Part shown: positions 1-10,516 of the stretch, in pieces | How the letters are laid out: each line of letters begins with the position of its first letter | How positions within the stretch are numbered: position 1 is the first letter of the stretch | NCBI GenBank assembly: GCA_977017645.1 | Contig: OZ360232.1 | Coordinates: 15,376,001 to 15,440,000 of the forward strand | Length of the DNA stretch: 64,000 nt | Origin: Torpedo marmorata | Taxonomy: Eukaryota | Direction: 5' to 3' | The notes under the pieces: generated by a model | Told to the model about the DNA's origin: nothing | The model's database searches: none | Seen by the model: only the letters and a program-made list of their open reading frames with translations | Program-made: the position numbers and the translations under genes

Positions 1-410
1 AGCGCCACCACGAACACTCCTGTCTAGTGCCGCCACGAACACCCCGTCCAGCGCCGCCGCGAACACCCCCGTGCAGTGCCGCCGCGAACACCCCCGTGCA
101 GTGCCACTGCGAACACACCCGTCCAGCGCTGCCGCGAACACCCCGTCCAGCGCCGCCGCGAACACCCCCGTGCAGTGCTGCCGCGAACACTCCCGTCCAG
201 CGCCGCCGCGAACACCCCCGTGCAGTGCTGCCGCGAACACCCCCGTCCAGCGCCGCCGCGAACACCCCCGTGCAGTGCTGCCGCGAACACCCCCGTGCAG
301 TGCCACTGCGAACACACCCGTCCAGCGCTGCCGCGAACACCCCGTCCAGCGCCGCCGCAACCCCCCCATCCAGCGCCGCTGCAACCCCCCCACCATCCAA
401 CGCCGCCGTC
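1..410. repeat. GC/CpG-rich minisatellite, ~20-21 bp unit (ccagcgccgccgcgaacaccccgt / gcagtgctgccgcgaacacccccgt), truncated by window edge
   Basis: Many imperfect tandem copies visible; the four overlapping ORFs here are repeat artefacts. Confidence 0.9.
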
Positions 411-494
411 CAGAAACCCTTCTAGTTGGAGTGTGTCTTTGTTTTGCGCAAATCTGAAGCAACGCAATTATTTAAAGTACCGCCGTTAAAATAA

Positions 495-564
495 TTCTAT
501 AATCCGAAAAAAATCTGAATTCTGAAAAGTCCCAAGGATTTCGGATAAAAGGATAAGGACCTGT
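495..564. mobile_element. Right end of a Tc1/mariner (Tigger-like) non-autonomous element
   Basis: ...ttcggataaaaggataaggacctg followed by TA, resembling a Tigger-type terminal inverted repeat; left end not in window. Confidence 0.4.
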
Positions 565-1264
565 AGTTAGGTCTAAATGGAACCATGATTAATGCACAGA
601 ACTACATTCCCACTAGCTGTTTGTATAGTTCAAAATAATTTCAGCCAATGGATCACCTCATATCTAAACATAGCAAAACTATAATTTCAGTAATCAATAA
701 AAGGCTTCCTAATTTTCAACTCTTCTAATATTTGCAACTTACAAAAAGAATCTCACATTTTGACATGTGTCAATTTTATTCAGATTAAGTTAAAAAAAAG
801 TGATAATGCTGCTCACTCCCCTTAAAGTTTAATGATTTTTTAAAGTTGAATTCTACTTACATACCAAAAAAACCCAATAATTGTTTTACATTGGTCAATT
901 GGCATCACAAGGGAAGTCTGCATGCACTAAAAAAAAGTCCTTGGAAATTAATTAAAAATTAACAATCAAGGGTTATGGGAAAAAAAGGTGGGTAAGTGGA
1001 ACTGAGTCCATGGTCAGATGGCCTACTCCTGTTCCCATTTTTTATGTTCTTCTGCAAGTTCAATGCTCACATATTATTCAACATTTTAATTCTAGACTAT
1101 AAAGCAAGTTTTTACATATTAAGGACTGTGAGGTAGGTGGCTTGTAAAATGACCAAGTACTTTCTTCCATTTACCAGATGACAAACATGTTTTACAGTAA
1201 AAGATATTACATGAGGTTTTGAAAGATATTTTTAAAAATGTTTGATGATTCAATTTGTGTTTAC

Positions 1265-1422
1265 CTGCAGGATTTGTAAAATCAAGCATACTAGTAGCAG
1301 GTTGCAACAGGTCAGGGCTGCTCGAAGAAAGAGTTCCAGGGAATGGCATTATAGCAACACTATGCCTGAACTGCCTTGTTCCAACGATGCTATCATCCTG
1401 CGACTGGCTCACTCCAGCATCA
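1265..1422 (-). CDS. RAPGEF6: RAPGEF6 exon: (S)DAGVSQSQDDSIVGTRQFRHSVAIMPFPGTLSSSSPDLLQPATSMLDFTNPA
   Basis: cacag| acceptor, |gtaaac donor, 158 bp, phase 2 in / 1 out; VGTR..RHS.AIMP.PGTLSSSSPDLLQP..SMLDF is diagnostic of RAPGEF6 rather than RAPGEF2. Confidence 0.93.
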
Positions 1423-3099
1423 CTGTGAACCATTAAAGTCAGAATAAAACAAATTGGTGTTTGCAGTAAATTCTATGCAAGCAATAATAATGTCAGTATG
1501 TTCACAGTTCTTAAAAGGGATAAAACAGCAGTCATCATTGTCCTGCTTTCAAACTACATGTACTGTATTAGAAATTATCCATGAAATTTGTAGCACTGTT
1601 TCTCAATAAATAATGTTCACACTTTTAATGCATTCACACAAGCAATGAAGAACATTTATTGGTGGTAGACTATGCCATACACAGGAGAGTAGAGAAAAGC
1701 AGTCACGGGTCACCCTAGGCTATTCTTGGGCACATTCTGGTAGGTAGCTGATTGCAGATCAACACTGACCAGAGACCAGATCACTTGTCTGCTCTCTTTC
1801 AGCTCCTAGGGAATGACGTACATTATAGGGAGTTATGAAAACAGCAAACTGATGCTAAATGTTTAAAGAATGAAGGTTGAATGTGCACTAGCAGACATCA
1901 GTTAGTTGTTATTGAGGACTTCAAATAAGATGCATGGGAATAAGAATACAGCTTAATACAATTGACATACATTTCCTTCACAAGTAAATCCAATAGAAAT
2001 TGACATCTCAGAGCAGGGATCAAAATTTATAATACATTAGTAGAAATAGGCTAAACAAGGAAAGGAATGATGCTGCCAAAGTCCATATATCAGAAGTGCA
2101 ATGGATTATCTTTTTTTTTCAATGAAACAGCTAGAGATTTTGCATGTATGAATGTCACATATAGTACGTCAAAAAAGTACAAAAATGTGGCATGACAACC
2201 TCCAGCAGTTCTGCTGCTTGACTTCTTAAAAATAAAATAACTCAAGAAAACCAACTCAGAAAGAAAAAAAAAAATCAAAATTATTTTCCTAGATCTGACA
2301 GGATGATAGTACAACTTCTGGCAGTTGAGCCTTTAAATGACTTGTATGCAAAGCTTTTAATAAATTAAGTATCTTACCAAAATAGTCCCCTGTATGGGTT
2401 ATGCAATCACAGAAAGAAGACAACATTTAATATAATGAGATGAATTACATTACAATAGTTTACAAAAGACATGGATAAACACCTGTAACATTTCCCTAAT
2501 TTCACAAATGATTACATAAAACAATAAACTCGACAGTAAAACAAAGCTCTTGTATATCAATAAGGGAAGTGCTAATCAATTAAGATCATCAAGGAATGAG
2601 GAAAAGAATTTAGGTTCATACCTTAGAAATAAATTAAATAAAACAAAATAAAAGGTTTAATTCTGTCCTTGTTTGAGTAATCTTCACAATGATCACTTTA
2701 TAGACATTTTTCGTATCCAGATTCTTGAACAACCCTTTCTTTATCTAAAGGATTAATCATGCTATGATGAAATCATGCCAAATTATATTACTGATCAATT
2801 TTGTGCAAGTGAACATTGATCAAGAGGCTGGTGTAATGTTGCAATGCAGGATAATACCATTACACCATTAAGAGTGTAACAGTTATAGATGCCTGAGCGA
2901 AACTACGAGATAACATATTTCAGGAACATCAGGCTGTGACGCTGCACCTGTTTTATTGAGCTGACTAAAAAAATAATTATCTCAGTTCTATCAAAATGTG
3001 CCCCTTACTTGCTGCTGGATCAGCCTAGATAGCAATCATCGTATTCATTTGCCCTCTTGGACACAGCTTGCCCAGCATATTTAAAAGAAAATAGGAGGA

Positions 3100-4560
3100 T
3101 TTGAAGGAATTGTGGGGGGAGGAGTGGCTAATCGACATCTCAGATCGAAATCTTTCAATAACACTGATTATGGAAAGGGAAGATAACCACTACAAGGAAG
3201 GGGGCAGAGGGGAAGATTGGGGCCAGTAGAGGATTGGTGAACCAGTGAGAGGTGAAGGGTGACTGACAGAAAGAGGGTGAGGGTTGGAGTATGGAGACTG
3301 TGGCAGCTGATTGGCAAGTGGCAACCAGAGACAGAGTAGAGGAACAAATGGGGGTGGGTGGAGCAATATGTGCTCTGTGAATCAGTCACCAAATGCGGGC
3401 TTGACTCTTGATTTGAGAAGGCAACATTGGGAGAGGGTGCACATGACCCTTTGTCTCACCAGGAAGGGCTGTTTAGGTCCCTGGATGATGGTGATGCAGG
3501 AGGAGCAAGTGTTTCACCTCCTGCGGTTGCAGGGAAAAGTGCCCGAGGTGAAGGAGACGTGGGTAGGGAGAGATGACTATACAAGGGAGTCATGGACTGA
3601 GTGATCTCTGCAGAGGGCAGAAAAGGGTGGGGTGAGATAGATGTGGCTGCTGGTGGGATCTCTTTGCAGCTGGAAGAAATGTTGTAGGATGATGTGCTGG
3701 ATGCAGATGCTAGAGGGGTGAAAATTGATGTCCAGGGGAACTACCTCTCTTTTATCTGGAGGGAGGGAGCTGAGAGCAAAACTCAGATAAGGAGGAAATG
3801 TGGGAGGGGGCTCCATCAACCACAGTACAGGGGAATCTGCATTCCCTGAAAAAGTATAAAGATGGATATCTAGTGAAGATTAGGTGGTGGGACGAGGGAA
3901 TTGGATGTTATCAAAATGGTAGAGGGAATGCAAAGTGTCCTGGATGAACTTGGGAAGGGAGAGGACAAGGGGAGGCAAGATAAATCAACAGACAAGTTCA
4001 GTGGGCAAGAGCAGGCAGAAACAGTAGGTCTACTAGGACCATTCCATTTATGGATCTTGGGCAAGAAGAAAGAAGTGGGATTTGCAGGTAGATGTCCGGA
4101 GATGTGATGAGACCTATACAGTCAGGAGACAATAGCCTATTGTTCATGGTTCAGGTCTATAGTCCAGGGGTAGGTATCTGAGAGCTGGTGTCTGGCCACT
4201 GCAAGGTAGAGGTCAGTCTGCCAGACTACACAGCAGTGCCCTTGTCTGCAGGTTTGATGACAAGGTTGGGGTGCATATGGAGTGAGTGGAGTGCTGTGCA
4301 TACAGTAGAGAAGAGGTTGATATGGTTAAGCTGAGGCAATTGGTGTTGCAATAGCAATTGGCAATGAAAAAGTCAAGAGAGGATAAAGACCAGAAGTGGG
4401 TGCCCAAGAGGAAGGGGAGTGGTGAAAGAGTGGAGACTCCTTGCCAAAAAATAGACACAGGGACAGAGGAAGAATAATTCAGCATCATGATGGGCCCAAA
4501 GCTCATTAAGATGTGGGCACAGAGGTATAAACCCGAGACCTCTGCTGATGACTGACTACT
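3100..4560 (-). mobile_element. Degenerate Penelope-like retroelement fragment
   Basis: Minus-strand peptides PKIHK..GPSRPTVSACSCP and IILQHFFQLQRDPT are typical of vertebrate Penelope/Poseidon RT regions; many stops; boundaries approximate. Confidence 0.65.
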
Positions 4561-4569
4561 CAAGATATG

Positions 4570-4695
4570 TGTGAGAGAGAGAGAGAGAGAGAGAGAGTGT
4601 GACAGAGATGGACAGACAGAGAGAGACAGAGAGGGATAGACAGAGAAAGAAAGAGGGGGACAGAGAGAGAGAGAGAGGGGGACAGAGAGAGAGAG
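4570..4695. repeat. (GA)n / (GACA)n microsatellite abutting assembly gap
   Basis: Directly visible. Confidence 0.9.
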
Positions 4696-4947
4696 NNNNN
4701 NNNNNNNNNNNNNNNNNNNNNNNNNNNNNNNNNNNNNNNNNNNNNNNNNNNNNNNNNNNNNNNNNNNNNNNNNNNNNNNNNNNNNNNNNNNNNNNNNNNN
4801 NNNNNNNNNNNNNNNNNNNNNNNNNNNNNNNNNNNNNNNNNNNNNNNNNNNNNNNNNNNNNNNNNNNNNNNNNNNNNNNNNNNNNNNNNNNNNNNNNNNN
4901 NNNNNNNNNNNNNNNNNNNNNNNNNNNNNNNNNNNNNNNNNNNNNNN
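4696..4947. other. Assembly gap (N run)
   Basis: 252 Ns. Confidence 0.99.
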
Positions 4948-5599
4948 GATAGGGAAGGCCCAGAAGGGGTGGAACGGACTGTCCATGAGTGGAGTCAGAA
5001 GAGGGAGAAGGTGATGATCGAAGAGGGGCTCAGAAGAGGAGGGTGAGCTCAGGGGAAAGAGGGATAGAAGGGGGAAGAATATTTTATGGGCTTGGGGTGG
5101 AATGCAAAGTTAGGATTTGATTAAAGCATTGTTTAAAAAATACCCTGTTGCTTGTTATTGGTGACAAAGTTAAAGCTCTGAGATTGACTGAACCATATGA
5201 AAGAAAACCATGAAAATCCAGGAGATCGTGTTCAGGATGATACAATGAAACTAACCAATGCATGGTGGAGTGACTTAACAAGTATACACCTGTGTATGTT
5301 TTCAGTTCATGCATTTAAATTATGGTTCTTGCCATCAAAATGTACTTAAAAAATGTGCTTTTCATTTATACCATGATCTCATTTAAAATAATTGAAAAGC
5401 AGTGATCACATTTCAGAAATTAAGTTTTGCTATACCAGCAGTATTGCAACTGAACTGTAGAAAATTAAGGGGTGGCTTTTTGTTTCATTTATGGATTTCA
5501 GAAATATTTTTTGAATTTTAAAATTAATTTTACAAAAGCCATCAGATCAACAATATGAGAGAAGACATATGGGAGCATTTCATCAAATGCTTCAACTTG

Positions 5600-5815
5600 G
5601 GTTGTTTACTATGGAGGGTTGAAAGCTGAGGAGAGACCTGATACAAGTTTATTAAATTATGAGAGGCAAAAATAGGGTAGCCAGTCAGAAGCTTTTATTC
5701 AGAGCAAATATGTCAAGTACTAGAGGGGAGGCATTCATGGTGAGAGAGTGAAAGATTAAAGTAGATGAGCGGGGCAAGTTTGTCCATTTTTATAGAGAGA
5801 AATAGGTGCCTGGAT
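5600..5815 (+). mobile_element. Old CR1 LINE 3' fragment
   Basis: ggagggttgaaagctgaggagagacctgata...attatgagaggc matches the C-terminal part of the CR1 ORF2 at 14770-14960. Confidence 0.6.
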
Positions 5816-5825
5816 AAGGGTTAAA

Positions 5826-6325
5826 TCACAAAAATCTGTAGACACCGTGGTTAAAGTAAAAAACACAAATGCTGGAGAACCTCAGCAGGTCAAACAGTGT
5901 CTTTTATGTAGCAAAGGTAGAAATACATAACCGACGTTTCGGGCTTGAGCCCTTCATCAAAGTATGAGAAAAAGCCGGCAGGCGTCCGAACAAAAGAGTG
6001 AGGGGGAGAAGGGGGGGTAGCAAAGGCAGGAGATGATAGGTGGAGAAAGGAGGGAGGGGACAGCAGCAAAGAGGGGTAGGAGGGATGGCTTGGTGGGTGG
6101 AAAAAACTGGAAGGACAGGTAAGGGGGGAGGGGAACGAAAAGGCGAGCAGGTTTAGTGGAAAGCAGAAAAGTCAATGTTAATGCCATCTGGCTGGAGAGT
6201 GCCCAGGCGGAAAATAAGATGTTGTTCCTCCAATTTGCGGGTAGTCTGGGTGGGATAGTACATAAGGCCATGGACAGACATGTGAGTGTGTGTGGGAGTG
6301 TGACTCGGAATTGAAATGGTGCCAG
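5826..6325 (-). mobile_element. Penelope-like element 3' end (GIY-YIG C-terminus plus terminal repeat)
   Basis: TTRKLEEQHLIFRLGTLQPDGINIDFS in ORF 6153..6428(-); terminal sequence repeated at 26670-26815. Confidence 0.75.
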
Positions 6326-6339
6326 GGTTAGTGGTGGAA

Positions 6340-7055
6340 GCAAATTTAAAATCCTGGGAGTCACTATCTTGGAGGACCTTTCCTGGGCCCAACATACTAA
6401 TGTCACCGTGAAGAAAGCACGTCAACACTTCGACTTCCTCAAGAGTTTGCGCAGGTTCGGTATGACATTAGAAACCTTGGCAAACTTCTACAGATGTGTA
6501 ATGGAAAGTGTGCTGACCGGCTGCATCATGGCCTGGTATGGGGGCACCAATACCTCTGAGCGGAAAGCCCTGCAAAAGGTAGTGAACATAGCCCAGTACA
6601 TCACAGGCAAAACTCTCCCCATCATCGAGAAAATCTACATGGAACGCTGCCGTCGGAGAGCAGCAGCAATCACAAAGGATCCGCACTACCCAGGACATTC
6701 TCTGTTCTCGCTGCTGCCATCAGGAAAGAGGTATATATGCCTCAAGACTCATACCACTAGGTTCAGGAACCGTTGCTACCCCTCTACCATCAGACTATTA
6801 AATAACAGACTCAATCAGAGACCTATTTAAAGACTCTTACTTTGCACATTATTTTATTACTGAATATTTTTTTTCTGTATTTCACAATTTCCTTACATTT
6901 CTTTCTTTGTTTATATTTCCCTCTTTTTAATACAGATCTTTTTCTTGAGTGCCGTTTAGTTACCAATAAATATAAATTCCACCTGGCCCGGAGGAAAAAG
7001 AATCTCAGGGTTGCATGTGATGTCATGCATGAACTGTGACAATAATTTGAACTTT
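6340..7055 (+). mobile_element. Rex1/Babar-like LINE 3' fragment
   Basis: DLSWAQHTNVTVKKARQ..FLKSLRRFG..ESVLTGCIMAWYG motif; 3' tail shared with 23885-24190 and 61690-61790. Confidence 0.75.
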
Positions 7056-10000
7056 AGGCAATGTAATTTTAGATAAAAAATTATCAATTTTTGCAACATC
7101 TTGATTCATCTGCGAAGTGTATAAATTTTGATAGTACTCTCTAAATGAATTATTTATTTCTTGAGGTTTATAAGTTATTTCACCGGTACTTTTCTTTATA
7201 GCATTTATAGTTTTAGAAACTTGTTCTTTTTTTAATTGCCATGCTAAAACTTTATGTGCTCTTTCTCCCAATTCATAATATCTTTGCTTTGTTCTACCAA
7301 TTAATTTTTCTATTTTTCGAGTTTGTAATATATTATAATGTAATTTTTTCCCAATTAAACGTTGTCTCTTTCTCTGGAATTATACATGTCATTAATAAAG
7401 GTGAATGATCTGAGATTATTCTTGCTTTATAAGAAATTTGAGTTATTCTGTCTTGAATTTGTGAAGATATCAAAAACAAATCAATCCTTGAGAATGAATT
7501 GTGTCGAAAAGAATAGAATGAATAATCTTTTTCTCTAGGATTTAACTTCCTCCAAATATCTACCAAATTTAAATCATCCATTAAAGTATTAATTCTTTTA
7601 ACAGTTTTAATAGAGATTTGTTAGATTTACCAATTACAATGAGAGAAGTAGGTGAAGCTTTATCGTCATTGAAAAGTGGTAAATCTCCTGGTGATGATGG
7701 ATTTCCGATAGAGTTTTATAAGAAGTTTAAAGATTTATTGATACCTATATACATGGAAGTGTTGACTCAAATAAAGGAAACTCATTTATTACCGAAAACA
7801 TTTTTAAATGCTATTATTACAGTTATACCAAAGAAGGATAGAGATGTATTAAAAACTGAGTCGTATAGACCTATATCATTGTTGAATGTAGATTATAAAA
7901 TAATGGCAAAAATTTTGACAAATAGATTAGCTAAGTTCTTACCATTTTTAATACATCCAGACCAAGCAGGATTTATTAAAAATAGATATTCGAAGGATAA
8001 TATAGCAAGATTAATAAGTTTAATTAATTTACAAAAAAGGAAACAGGATTTGCCGTTAGTGATAGCATTAGATGCAGAAAAAGCATTTGATAGATTAGAA
8101 TGGAATTTTTTATTTAAGGTTTTAGAGAAATATGGATTTGGAAATACTTTTATAAATTGGATTAAGACTCTATATAAGGAACCTACAGCTAAAGTAATTA
8201 CAAATGGTCAAATATCATCTAAATTTTCTTTGACACGATCAACAAGACAAGGATGTCCTTTGTCACCTGCTTTATTTGTTTTGGTAATAGAACCGTTGGC
8301 TGAAATGATTAGGAAAGATATTAATATAAATGGGATTAAAGTAGGTGCAGAAGAGCATAAAATTAGTCTGTTTGCAGATGATGTATTAATATATATGACA
8401 AAATCTATTGAATCGCTTCAACAATTAGATAAGATATTGAGGGATTATGGTGAGATATCTGGATATAAAATAAATTCGGATAAGAGTGAGATAATGGCTT
8501 TATCTCAAGGAGACTATACTAAATGTAAAGAAGTTACAAAATTTAAATGGGCTAAAGAAGCAATTAAATATTTGGGAGTTAAAGTAGATACAAAATTGGA
8601 AAATTTATATAAATTAAATTATATACCTTTATTTCAGAAAATAAAGAAAGATTTGGATAACTGGAAAGATTTACCTATAACTCTAATGGGAAGAGTGAAT
8701 TGTATTAAAATGAATATTTTTCCAAGAGTTCAATATCTTTTTCAATCTATACCTTTTGGTATTCCTCAAAAATTCTTCAAAGATTTAAAAATTATTATTA
8801 GAAAGTTTTTATGGAAAGGAAAATTGGCAAGGGTAAGTATAGATAAATTAACTTGGGAACACGAAATGGGTGGATTACAGCTTCCCAATTTTCAATATTA
8901 TTACAAGGCAGCACAATTAAAATTTATTAATGAATTTTTTGATTTAACTAAAAATACGGCTTGGATTAATATTGAATTGAGTAATATAGGGGAAAGATAT
9001 AAGGAAGATATTATTTATAAATGGAATTCTAAACTATTATTAATTAAAAAGAAAAAGTCGCCGATTATTAAACATTTATTGGAAATTTGGACTCAGTTAG
9101 ATAATGAGATAGGACGAAAAGGATCAATATTTTTAAATATGCCATTATATCAGAATTTATTGTTACCTTTTTCTATTGATAACCAATTTTTAAAATTATG
9201 GTATCAAAAAGGAATTAAGAAGATTAAAGATTGCTTTGAGGCGGGAAGATTTGTTACTTTTTCTAGGTTGAAAGAAAAATTTGGAATAATGGATAATACA
9301 ATTTTGGCTTATTATCAGGTTAAAGGATTTTTAGTTGAGAAATTGGGGAATCAATTAATATCTCCTAGACAAGATGGATTAGAGTTACTAATTACTAATG
9401 GAAATGTTAATAAATTTATATCACAAATGTATAAATTACTTCAGAGAAAGATGCCTAAAGTAGGACTACATAAATCTAGATTAAATTGGGAGTCAGATTT
9501 AAATATTAGTATAGATGAACAACATTGGAAAGAATTATGTAAATTGAGTATGACTAAAATTATTAATGTTAGATATAGATTAGTACAATATAATTTTTTT
9601 CATCAATTATATATAACACCTAAAAAATTAAAGAAATTTAACCCGGCATTATCAGATATGTGTTTTAGGTGTAAAGATGAAATAGGTTCTTTTGTACACT
9701 GTACATGGTCATGTTTAAAAATTCAAAATTTTTGGTCTAAAGTTAAGGATTTTTTAGATAGAATTTTTAATATTACGATTCCAATGGATCCTATGATATT
9801 TTTATTTGGAGATATTAAAAAAATTAGTATTAGAAATAGATTGAATATGTATCAAATAGAATTTTTACGAATTGTGTTAGCGATTTCAAAAAAATGTATC
9901 GCTATTACTTGGAAATCAGATTTAGATTTGAATTTAGATAGATTACATGCAGAATTACGTTCTTGTATACCATTGGAAAAAATTACATATAATTTACGAG

Positions 10001-10377
10001 ATAAATATCATTTCTTTTTGAAAATTTGGAGCCCATATATGAGAATCATGGGTATGAATTAATTCTCTAAAAGTTAGTAACGCTGACAAAAGTAACCTCC
10101 AATATATAAGAAGAGTTAGCTTGTAATGGTTTTCTCCTCATACTAACTCTTAAAACTTTATTATTCATTCTATTCTTTTTTTTCTTTTAACTAATACTTT
10201 CTTTTTTTTCTCTTTCTTTTTCTTTTTCTTTTTATTAGAATAGTGTGGGAGGGTTGGGGAGGGGAGGGAGGGAGGGGGGGAGGTAATATATCACATGTAT
10301 TTTGAATGATATACTATTTTTGATTTATGTATTCTGTGATTTTAAAAGTTAAATAAAATTATAAAAAAAAAAATAAT
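7056..10377 (+). mobile_element. 5'-truncated, 5'-inverted L1-clade LINE (inverted 7056-~7600, forward ~7600-10377)
   Basis: 15-bp TSD aataatttgaacttt at 7041-7055 and 10378-10392; poly(A) tail; G-rich 3'UTR; near-identical to full-length L1 at 43906-49780. Confidence 0.92.
7618..10062 (+). CDS. L1 ORF2 C-terminal 814 aa (RT and Cys-rich domain), 5'-truncated
   Basis: YRPISLLN, LDAEKAFD, RQGCPLSP, LFADD, CFRC..HCTWSC motifs; open frame. Confidence 0.85.
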   Translation: MLDLPITMREVGEALSSLKSGKSPGDDGFPIEFYKKFKDLLIPIYMEVLTQIKETHLLPKTFLNAIITVIPKKDRDVLKTESYRPISLLNVDYKIMAKILTNRLAKFLPFLIHPDQAGFIKNRYSKDNIARLISLINLQKRKQDLPLVIALDAEKAFDRLEWNFLFKVLEKYGFGNTFINWIKTLYKEPTAKVITNGQISSKFSLTRSTRQGCPLSPALFVLVIEPLAEMIRKDININGIKVGAEEHKISLFADDVLIYMTKSIESLQQLDKILRDYGEISGYKINSDKSEIMALSQGDYTKCKEVTKFKWAKEAIKYLGVKVDTKLENLYKLNYIPLFQKIKKDLDNWKDLPITLMGRVNCIKMNIFPRVQYLFQSIPFGIPQKFFKDLKIIIRKFLWKGKLARVSIDKLTWEHEMGGLQLPNFQYYYKAAQLKFINEFFDLTKNTAWINIELSNIGERYKEDIIYKWNSKLLLIKKKKSPIIKHLLEIWTQLDNEIGRKGSIFLNMPLYQNLLLPFSIDNQFLKLWYQKGIKKIKDCFEAGRFVTFSRLKEKFGIMDNTILAYYQVKGFLVEKLGNQLISPRQDGLELLITNGNVNKFISQMYKLLQRKMPKVGLHKSRLNWESDLNISIDEQHWKELCKLSMTKIINVRYRLVQYNFFHQLYITPKKLKKFNPALSDMCFRCKDEIGSFVHCTWSCLKIQNFWSKVKDFLDRIFNITIPMDPMIFLFGDIKKISIRNRLNMYQIEFLRIVLAISKKCIAITWKSDLDLNLDRLHAELRSCIPLEKITYNLRDKYHFFLKIWSPYMRIMGMN

Positions 10378-10516
10378 AATAATTTGAACTTTGAAGCAGA
10401 TACAATAGAAATATCTAAGTGGTTTTTAAAGACAGTCACATGAAGATGCAGGGAATGGAGACATATGAATCAGAATGGATTTAATTTAATTTGGCATCAT
10501 ATTCTGTGCCGACATT

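Noticed and set aside
24-489. Four overlapping Pro/Arg/Cys-rich ORFs
   Set aside because: They are translations of a stop-free GC-rich minisatellite.
4213-4986. ORFs of 257 and 117 aa
   Set aside because: They run through the (GA)n microsatellite and the N gap.
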